Assembly (NCBI GenBank): GCA_043825875.1
Contig: JBDRRF010000079.1
Span: 32,001-96,000 of the forward strand
DNA length: 64,000 nt
Reading direction: 5' to 3'
DNA from: Pseudomonadota bacterium
GTDB lineage: Bacteria > Desulfobacterota > Desulfobacteria > Desulfobacterales > RPRI01
Under the pieces are notes generated by a model, which worked only from the letters and a program-made list of their open reading frames with translations, was not told the origin of the DNA and did no database searches. Both the position numbers and the translations under genes were made by a program. Shown piece by piece: positions 56,777-64,000 of the stretch; position 1 is the stretch's first letter, and each line of letters starts with the position of its first letter.

Positions 56777-59110
56777 TTATTTTTGTTTATCAATTTTTGC
56801 CCGATATATCTTGGCAATGATTGCCGAAAGGCCTATTACCATTTCAACTCCGTTATCCCGTTCTGAAAATTCAAGCAATACGCGACCAATTACCTCCGGA
56901 TCAAACCCGGAAGCAAGAACCTTGTTTATAGCTTGATCGAGTGTCAATGGCTGCTTTATTTCTGTAGCAAGCTTTGTTTCCAGTTCTTTATCAACATCAG
57001 ATAGTGTTTCTTGAACAACCTCAACAAAAGTAACTTTCGATGGTTCTTTTTCAACCTTTGGCGTTAAATCTTTTGAAGAAACTGTTTCTGCTTCCTTTGC
57101 AGATTGATCTGGTGTCAATGCCGGTTTTTGCGGGGCGACAGGTTTGGCTTCCTGTTCTTTAAAAGTATCAGGTACTTTTTCTTGAGTAATACCAGAAGAA
57201 GAATCTTCAGATTTTTCTTTTTCTATCTCAGGCGCTAAATGTGTTGAAGAAATAGTATTGGCTTCTTTCGCGGCTTCATCGGGTATAATTGTCTGTTTTT
57301 GTGAAGCAACAGCTTTGCTTTCCTGTTCTTTACCTACATCATGCGGCACTTCCTTTCTAACCTCAGCAGGAGTAACTTTCGATGCTTCTTTTTCAACCTT
57401 TGGGGCTAAATCTTTTGAAGAAACTGTATCTGCTTCCTTTGCAGATTGATCGAGTGCCATTGTCGGTTTTTGCGGGGCAACAGGTTTGACTTCCTGTTCT
57501 TTACTTACATCGTGCAGCACTTCCTTTCTGATCTCAACGGAAGTAACTTTCGATATTTCTTTTTCAACCTTCGGGGCTAAATGTGTTAAAGAAGCTTCAG
57601 ACTCTTTTACAGGCTGATCAGATATCAATGGTTGTTTTTCTGGGGAAACAGGTTTGACTTCTTGTTTTTTTCCGGCATCATTTTCTGTTTCTTGAATAAT
57701 CTTTGAAGAAGAAACTTCAGATTTTTCTTTTTCTACCCCAGGCGCTAAATGTGTTGAAGAAATAACATCCGGATTCAAACGCCGTTTAGCCAGAATTTTT
57801 TGACCAATATTTAATTGCAACCATTGCCAGCCAATCTCATCATCAGCTTTTAGTTTGTAAAGTTCTCCGACTGCATTGGCATGGCCAAGGCCGGAAACAA
57901 CCAAGCGATCACCATCTATTTTAACAAAATCCGATTGCACAGAACCAACATCCCAGCTGAATAAATCAGGATAAATAAAACTTTCCGTCTTCAAACCGTT
58001 ACTTATAGCACTCATACGAAAAGCTTCTTCTTCAATGTAGGTTTCATCACAAATTTCTCCCGGCGGGTCATAGTCAGCAACAGAGCCTATAATTGCTCCT
58101 GCCATAGATGAAATACTATCCGTGTCGCTTCCCAGCAGATTAGACCCGACTTCGATTGCTCCGCGCGGGTTGATTTTAAACATCCATGACAAAACAACAG
58201 CTAAGATAGCAGTTTTTGTTCCGGCCCCCCGGTATTCATCCGACATCGCGCCGATTTCTCTGGCCATAGTGGCATATTGTACATCTGAACTGCTTTTCGC
58301 AGTATCGCGGATTAGCTGGATTACCCCTATATCTTTCAGACATTCGTCAGCTAAAGCTCTGCAAGATAATTTAATATTACTTTCTGCGATTTTATCCCAT
58401 GTTGGCAACCAATAATCGCTAAGTTCCGGGATCTTACGGATCATTTCGGGAATCTTGTAAAACATATCAATAAAATTGCGCCACTCATCCGGGCCTGGTA
58501 TTTTCTTGTAATACAGCGCATGAGCAAGACATAATGAATGAAATACCGCCCCTAAAATTCCCCGTGGATGACCATGAGTGCAGATAGCATTGCTTAAGAC
58601 ATCAGGCAAGAAGGCTCCACCTTTCAAGTCACAAGAGGACCAAACATGAGGTTGAATTCTTATGGCGGCACCATTTCCACCGCAATCAACATAACGAGAG
58701 GTCTTGGTATCGAAAAAATTATTGGCCCATGTAGTATCTTTGCGAGTCATTGATACTGCTGCTGATTTAGTTCCTCTGCCGGCACCAAGCGCATACGATA
58801 ACCAAACGGGCAATTCGACTTTGGCAAACGCCTCAACATCAAATTTGCCATCTCCCCGAATGGCTCTACAGGTTGCAAGACGCAATTGTGTATCATCAGA
58901 ATAACACCCGGCTGGCAATTCGACTGTCACTCCTAATTGACCACCAACTTTTCGATTCCAGGGTATAGTTGTAATAATACGAGATTTATCTGTTCTCAAT
59001 TTGAGGCTTTTCTTATCAGCAAGTTCAGTAATAAAACCCAAAGCATCACCATAAGCAGCCCATAACGCCGACTTTCTGATCGCCTCCTGTCTATCTAAAC
59101 CATCATTCAC
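56777..59110 (-). CDS. ADP-ribosylglycohydrolase family protein with C-terminal tandem repeats
   Basis: AAYGDALG, YSDDTQ, GNGAA, THGHP, SDTDSI. Confidence 0.88.
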   Translation of the reverse strand: MNDGLDRQEAIRKSALWAAYGDALGFITELADKKSLKLRTDKSRIITTIPWNRKVGGQLGVTVELPAGCYSDDTQLRLATCRAIRGDGKFDVEAFAKVELPVWLSYALGAGRGTKSAAVSMTRKDTTWANNFFDTKTSRYVDCGGNGAAIRIQPHVWSSCDLKGGAFLPDVLSNAICTHGHPRGILGAVFHSLCLAHALYYKKIPGPDEWRNFIDMFYKIPEMIRKIPELSDYWLPTWDKIAESNIKLSCRALADECLKDIGVIQLIRDTAKSSSDVQYATMAREIGAMSDEYRGAGTKTAILAVVLSWMFKINPRGAIEVGSNLLGSDTDSISSMAGAIIGSVADYDPPGEICDETYIEEEAFRMSAISNGLKTESFIYPDLFSWDVGSVQSDFVKIDGDRLVVSGLGHANAVGELYKLKADDEIGWQWLQLNIGQKILAKRRLNPDVISSTHLAPGVEKEKSEVSSSKIIQETENDAGKKQEVKPVSPEKQPLISDQPVKESEASLTHLAPKVEKEISKVTSVEIRKEVLHDVSKEQEVKPVAPQKPTMALDQSAKEADTVSSKDLAPKVEKEASKVTPAEVRKEVPHDVGKEQESKAVASQKQTIIPDEAAKEANTISSTHLAPEIEKEKSEDSSSGITQEKVPDTFKEQEAKPVAPQKPALTPDQSAKEAETVSSKDLTPKVEKEPSKVTFVEVVQETLSDVDKELETKLATEIKQPLTLDQAINKVLASGFDPEVIGRVLLEFSERDNGVEMVIGLSAIIAKIYRAKIDKQK
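56930..57760 (-). repeat. about five intragenic tandem repeats of ~57 aa (~171 bp)
   Basis: Units begin THLAPGVEKE, THLAPKVEKE, KDLAPKVEKE, THLAPEIEKE, KDLTPKVEKE. Confidence 0.88.
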
Positions 59111-59112
59111 GT

Positions 59113-59679
59113 TTAATCTCCTTTCAGTATTTCTCTGAGGTCAAATAGATTACAAAGCGCTGTAAAAGCCAGCGAATGACGAAATCGACCCGAAGCAATC
59201 TCTTGTCCTATCTCCTTTATACTCATAACGCCAACTACCACGTGCTCACCATCATCAAGCTCAGGGAGCATTGTCTGCTGCACGTTTCTTGCCACCCAAT
59301 GATAACAGCGGTTGTTCAAAAAGGCCGGGTTGGGCTCAACATATCCTAAATACTCCCATTCTTCACTCGTGTAACCTGTTTCTTCTTTCAACTCACGGAT
59401 AGCCGCTTCTTTTGATGTTTCTCCTGATTCAACGATTCCTGCGGGAAGCTCAGTTGTTGTTTCACCAGTTCCAAAACGATGCTGATAAACAACCACCAAT
59501 TCATTCTCTGGGGTCAGCGCTATCACATTTACCCAATCAGAAGATTCGAGAACTGTGGCTTTAACCGTATGAGCATTCCTTGGGTTTCTCATCCAATCAA
59601 ATCTTACGCGAAAAAGCTTTAAGTCAGGTCCTGTCTCAGTTTGAATGCATTCCCAATCTGTCTGTTTTTTGTCGCTCAT
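59113..59679 (-). CDS. NUDIX hydrolase (ADP-ribose pyrophosphatase-like)
   Basis: ELPAGIVESGETSKEAAIRELKEETGY Nudix box. Confidence 0.9.
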   Translation of the reverse strand: MSDKKQTDWECIQTETGPDLKLFRVRFDWMRNPRNAHTVKATVLESSDWVNVIALTPENELVVVYQHRFGTGETTTELPAGIVESGETSKEAAIRELKEETGYTSEEWEYLGYVEPNPAFLNNRCYHWVARNVQQTMLPELDDGEHVVVGVMSIKEIGQEIASGRFRHSLAFTALCNLFDLREILKGD

Positions 59680-59722
59680 AAGTATTCTCCAAAGTTTAGG
59701 CAATTATAGCAAATGGCATAAA

Positions 59723-61483
59723 TTAAGTTCCGTTAGATTTTGAACGATCCATCAGCACCTGCATATCGCTCTTGATGAAATCTTCTCCAATATATGTGCT
59801 TCCGCCTATGGCTTTGATCATGGAGAGTCCATCCAGCAAGGGATTGATGCCCAAATCGACTATCTTTGTGGCTTTCTCCACTTTGTCTCTTTGAGCTATA
59901 GCCATCCAGCTTATGCCCCAGGAGATTAATTTGCGGGTCTTGATAATCATTTCTTCGGTGTTCAAATAAAAGATCTGGTTGTTTTCAGCAGTCATCTCCT
60001 TTCCAAGAGCTTTGAAGTTGGAGTTGCTGCCAAGACTTTTTTTATCAGGCGCATCTATCATACTTTTAAGCAGATTGCGGTTGATAGTCAGGGCAAAATA
60101 TTCTTCTATAAAAGCATAAGCCGGGCTCATATTAGCTCCGGTTGGCAGCATGACGTATTGGACATCGGTTTTCCGGTAAGTCTCATGCTGTATGGGCATA
60201 TTTAATTTCTTTATTTGTTGTTTGATCAATTGACTGACAACATCGGGTTGTTTTACTTCAATAAAAAGAGCAAGTTCAGGAAATGGAAACGGCCCATCCA
60301 TATTGATATCTTTGACCAGCATTCCAGCCTGAGTACCGAAAGCATCCAGAAGAGATTCTATTTCCATACCTGTTTCCTTAACAAAGCTTTGCTTTATCTT
60401 TGACACGGCTTCAGGTGTTATTTCCGGATGATGCTGAATCTCATCCCAATAGACTTTCAGATCAAAGGTATTCTGCCAGTTATAGATCAATGAATCAACC
60501 GGAATATACTTTAAGGTGTGGTTGGCAGCAGGATCAATATCGGTAATACTTTTTAGCCTGTGAGACATCTTTGTTCTGTCGATTCCTGCAATTATTTTTG
60601 AACGTACCAGGGGGCTGCCGTCATCATATTGCACAAAGTTGATGGTCTCAATTCCCTGTAAATTTTGGAACTGATTTATAAGCTGTTTCATACTGGGATC
60701 ATTCTTGGCCTTGTGGCTGAAAGCCTCCTGAAAAAATGTAATAAAATGATCGGCATTTGCAAAGGCAAGAAAATCCGTCTGGCCTGACTTATAAAGATCG
60801 GCACAATGGCGTTGATAGATCTCTGACTGTAACAAAGAAGTACTATCATCTAATGACTGTTTAAGGCAGCGTTTTACAGGCGCTATTGAAAAACCGGCTA
60901 TCATCAGTTCGTTAGTCAACGCATAGTAAACCGGCCGACCGTTTTCCAGAAAGAACTCGCTTATCTCCCATTGTTGATATTTTTGGGTTTTCACGGAAAG
61001 TGTTGAGCCAAACATACTGCTAAGGCTCTCTATAACTTTAACAGACTGTTTGGGCCTTGCCACCAATACTATTGAATCAAGAAGAGTTTCAGGATCAACG
61101 GATTCCAGTTGCCGGGGGTCAAGATTTATATTTAACATTGCAAAAGAAACATCCTGACCCAAAAAGGCATCAAACCAGGAACTGTTAACAGCGGTTTTAA
61201 AATTTGCCACGGCATGTGTGATCTCTGTTCGCTGCTTAGGCGGTATCTCCATAGCAGCCATTAGCTGCGGCAAATCAATACCGCCAAGAGATTGCCCCAT
61301 GCGGCCTTTACCAAATCGCTCGATCTGCTTTTTCAGTTCACATACCCTGATCATGCCTAAAGTATCTTTTGGCAACACAGCTTCAATGGCAGTTTGCCGG
61401 GCAAGTGGTTTATAGAAATAATAATAGGCCCCGGCTGAAATCACCAGAGCAATAATCACCAACACAATAATTGTTTTGCGCAT
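59723..61483 (-). CDS. membrane-anchored hypothetical protein (DUF3352-like)
   Basis: 586 aa, N-terminal TM helix, internal duplication pattern. Confidence 0.6.
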   Translation of the reverse strand: MRKTIIVLVIIALVISAGAYYYFYKPLARQTAIEAVLPKDTLGMIRVCELKKQIERFGKGRMGQSLGGIDLPQLMAAMEIPPKQRTEITHAVANFKTAVNSSWFDAFLGQDVSFAMLNINLDPRQLESVDPETLLDSIVLVARPKQSVKVIESLSSMFGSTLSVKTQKYQQWEISEFFLENGRPVYYALTNELMIAGFSIAPVKRCLKQSLDDSTSLLQSEIYQRHCADLYKSGQTDFLAFANADHFITFFQEAFSHKAKNDPSMKQLINQFQNLQGIETINFVQYDDGSPLVRSKIIAGIDRTKMSHRLKSITDIDPAANHTLKYIPVDSLIYNWQNTFDLKVYWDEIQHHPEITPEAVSKIKQSFVKETGMEIESLLDAFGTQAGMLVKDINMDGPFPFPELALFIEVKQPDVVSQLIKQQIKKLNMPIQHETYRKTDVQYVMLPTGANMSPAYAFIEEYFALTINRNLLKSMIDAPDKKSLGSNSNFKALGKEMTAENNQIFYLNTEEMIIKTRKLISWGISWMAIAQRDKVEKATKIVDLGINPLLDGLSMIKAIGGSTYIGEDFIKSDMQVLMDRSKSNGT

Positions 61484-61556
61484 AAAGACCTCTCTAAAAG
61501 TAAATTATCTATTTCCAAATGCCGGAAAAGTCTATGGGGTTTTGTGGGGCATATTG

Positions 61557-61586
61557 TGTAGGGGCGTATTGCAATACGCCCTTACA
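61557..61586. repeat. GTAG-type REP palindrome
   Basis: TGTAGGGGCGTATTGCAATACGCCCTTACA. Confidence 0.85.
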
Positions 61587-61634
61587 ACTTTCCATCTTTC
61601 CATCGCATTTCATTTAATTTCAAATTCGGATATT

Positions 61635-61955
61635 TTATTTATAATATTTGTCTGTTAACCATTTTAATGGGTTAGTTCTTACATATTCGGATATTTGACA
61701 ATAAGATTTTTCATCACGGATGATATGTTCATAATAATTGCGTTGCCAAACGGAAACGCCGGGTTTGTTCCGCAAAATATTTATTTGTTTGGTCACAGAC
61801 GTTTTATAACCGCGAATAATTGCCCCGATTGTTTGTGATGGCGACCGGAATTTAGTTTTGTTTTCCGAATTCATTGTACCCGTCGTAGGGGCGTATTGCA
61901 ATACGCCCCTACGATCATGTATCGTGCCTGTCGTATCATCATACATCGTACCCAT
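61635..61955 (-). pseudogene. RAYT transposase C-terminal fragment
   Basis: SPSQTIGAIIRGYK, WQRNYYEHIIRDE, EYVRTNP; N-terminal HUH part absent. Confidence 0.8.
61883..61914. repeat. perfect 32-bp GTAG-type REP palindrome
   Basis: TCGTAGGGGCGTATTG|CAATACGCCCCTACGA. Confidence 0.9.
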
Positions 61956-62433
61956 ACGGTTGATTTTAACATCTGCTCCCCGAAATTCCGCTCCGTTTCG
62001 TTCGCTTATACACCGCCAGCGAAGCTTCGGCAGCTATTCGCTCTCTGCACTACTCGAAAAGCTTTTGTAAAGGGCTCAAGTTATGAGAAAAAGGAACATA
62101 TAACCTGAACCAACCCACCCCATCACAATATTCCTGGTGTCCGATCCGATCTTCTTCTGCGATACTATCCGGCACAACTAACATGGAAGTATTGGTTTCT
62201 TTTTTGTGGGCATGTTGGAGACCACCTGATTCTCCTTATAGAGTTTTAAATGTATAACTGGCTAAACCACAAATGAAAAATCTTTTTATACAATATTTGT
62301 ATATAAAATAAGGCATTGCTCGTCAAGGAATTTGAGATTTAATTAATCGGAACAAGCTGATATAAATGTTTACTATGATGACCCATACCATATAGACATT
62401 TGTATAGACATTAAAACCGAAAAGTTTGATAAT

Positions 62434-62925
62434 ATGCTTGTGGATGAGCTAATTATATTTACAGATGGAAGTGTGAATACTAAGTTAAAGGTTGGATACG
62501 GGGCTTACCTCGCTGTATCTGAACCTGGCCTTTCGTTGAATGCTTTAAGAAAGCAAGTAAAAGTTAGGCGCTTTGAACATACTTCTTCAACAAAACTGGA
62601 ATTACAGACTTTATTGTGGGCGTTAAGCGATATTCAGGTAATGGTGAACAACGTAATTATATATACGGATTCCCAAAACATCATGGGTTTGCCGGGAAGG
62701 CATGAGCGGTTAGAAAAATATAATTATTGTTCAAAGAAAAACAGGCGTATAAACAATTATGAGCTGTATCAGGAGTTTTATAGAATAACCGATCAGATAA
62801 ATTGTAAATTTGTTAAAGTTCATGGACATCAGGCATCAAATAAAAAAGATACTATAGACAGGCTTTTTACACTTGTGGATAGAGCTTCAAGGAATGCGTT
62901 GAGAAAAGATATCGGGGAGCAGTAA
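62434..62925 (+). CDS. ribonuclease HI family protein
   Basis: IFTDGS, TKLEL, YTDSQ, KVHGH. Confidence 0.82.
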   Translation: MLVDELIIFTDGSVNTKLKVGYGAYLAVSEPGLSLNALRKQVKVRRFEHTSSTKLELQTLLWALSDIQVMVNNVIIYTDSQNIMGLPGRHERLEKYNYCSKKNRRINNYELYQEFYRITDQINCKFVKVHGHQASNKKDTIDRLFTLVDRASRNALRKDIGEQ

Positions 62926-63012
62926 GTTTAAACCCGGCTCTCTTGCAATAAATGGATTTTTCATGATAGTATTGTGCAAATTATATTTTTATAGAAATAG
63001 AGGAAATGTTGA

Positions 63013-63204
63013 ATGAATGGAAATAACCGCGCTAATATAAAAGTGGGCGCGCAAGTAAAAGTTGTGCAAAAGCAGGATCAGCGTACAGGCAATCTGACCG
63101 AAGGTATTGTGAAGAATATTCTTACAAAATCAGGTACCCATCCGCACGGGATCAAGGTACGCCTGGAAAGCGGTATAGTGGGACGTGTCAAAGAAATTAC
63201 CTGA
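63013..63204 (+). CDS. YwbE family protein
   Basis: VQKQDQRTGNLTEG..ILTKS..HPHGIKVRLESG.VGRV. Confidence 0.88.
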   Translation: MNGNNRANIKVGAQVKVVQKQDQRTGNLTEGIVKNILTKSGTHPHGIKVRLESGIVGRVKEIT

Positions 63205-63324
63205 GCCAATTACAAAACGTCCCATCTTGGCTGTTGACGGGCAAGCAAAACACCATGAAAGTCTGATTAATTGCCGCATTGCGGCTAAATTGAACCAAAG
63301 GATGCAGAGGAGGTCATACATATT

Positions 63325-63537
63325 ATGAAGACAATAAAGCAGGTTCTTGTTTTGACAATCAGTATTTCCTTGGTGCTGATCGTTGTACAAAACACAGCTC
63401 CCATCCAGGCTCGATTCCTATGGTTTACCACAGAAATGCCGGTAATACTACTGCTGTTTCTTACGGCTGCTGGAGGTTTTATATTAGGGTTAATTGTGGC
63501 GCTACTTTCTAAAAGCGGTACTAAATTTAAATCATAA
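63325..63537 (+). CDS. LapA (DUF1049) family membrane protein
   Basis: Two TM helices, VQNT..I..RFLW; GGAGG RBS. Confidence 0.8.
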   Translation: MKTIKQVLVLTISISLVLIVVQNTAPIQARFLWFTTEMPVILLLFLTAAGGFILGLIVALLSKSGTKFKS

Positions 63538-63551
63538 AAAAGGAGAATAAA

Positions 63552-64000
63552 ATGTCTATTATACTACCCGATCTTCCTTACAAAAATGATGCACTTGAAC
63601 CATATATCAGTTCGGAAACTTTGGATTTTCATTATGGAAAACACCATAATGCTTATGTTACAAACCTCAACAAGCTTATTGAGGGTACTGATCTGGCCGG
63701 CAAGACATTAGAGGATATCATTAAAACAACTGCAAATACTGCTGACAAAATCGGTATTTTCAACAATGCCGCTCAGGTCTTAAACCATACCTTTTACTGG
63801 CAATCTATGAAACCAAATTGTGGGGGCTTACCTACAGGGAATATCGCAGAAAAAATCAACTCTGATTTTGGAAGCTACGACAACTTTATTAAAGAGCTAA
63901 AGAATGCCGGTCTTACACAATTCGGCAGCGGATGGGCATGGCTGGTGTTGAAAGATAACAAGCTGGAGATTATGAAAACATCAAACGCTGATACTCCTAT
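63552..64000 (+). CDS. sodB: Fe superoxide dismutase (partial, runs off right edge)
   Basis: Manual translation: [46 protein letters not shown]. Confidence 0.92.
   Translation, partial: MSIILPDLPYKNDALEPYISSETLDFHYGKHHNAYVTNLNKLIEGTDLAGKTLEDIIKTTANTADKIGIFNNAAQVLNHTFYWQSMKPNCGGLPTGNIAEKINSDFGSYDNFIKELKNAGLTQFGSGWAWLVLKDNKLEIMKTSNADTP

Overview
This is an AT-rich bacterial chromosome window. Gene content and protein style suggest an anaerobic Desulfobacterota/deltaproteobacterium (inference). (1) 1-23948, minus strand: a large type II FAS/PKS-like lipid cluster of aryl-polyene/ladderane-island type, running off the left edge. It has 3 ketosynthases, 2 CLF-like proteins, 3 carrier proteins, 3 B12-radical SAM enzymes, a degenerate radical SAM/SPASM-hotdog fusion, a phytoene-dehydrogenase-like protein, MMPL, LolA, GT2 and acyltransferases. 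(2) Core genes follow: a Crp-family regulator, mlaEFDCA, polA, rsmE and tRNA-Phe. (3) 33382-41441 is an accessory block: hicB/hicA-like genes and a complete integron (intI, attI, four attC-type sites), cut off by a RAYT transposase. Cassette 3 carries a 67-aa Cys/Trp precursor-like peptide, bracketed by a perfect 23-bp inverted repeat, plus a radical SAM/SPASM maturase. This candidate cassette-borne RiPP system is the most notable item. IntI itself contains an in-frame palindromic REP/MITE copy. (4) The rest holds an aminotransferase with bzdN/bzdO-like genes, a PagL-like gene, pyrE, a candidate sRNA, ftsEX-envC-ctpA, rfbCD, a U32 protein, cobO, an M23 peptidase, a repeat-expanded ADP-ribosylglycohydrolase with a NUDIX partner, a RAYT remnant with REPs, RNase H and a partial sodB. 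All calls come from motif reading; no database searches were run.
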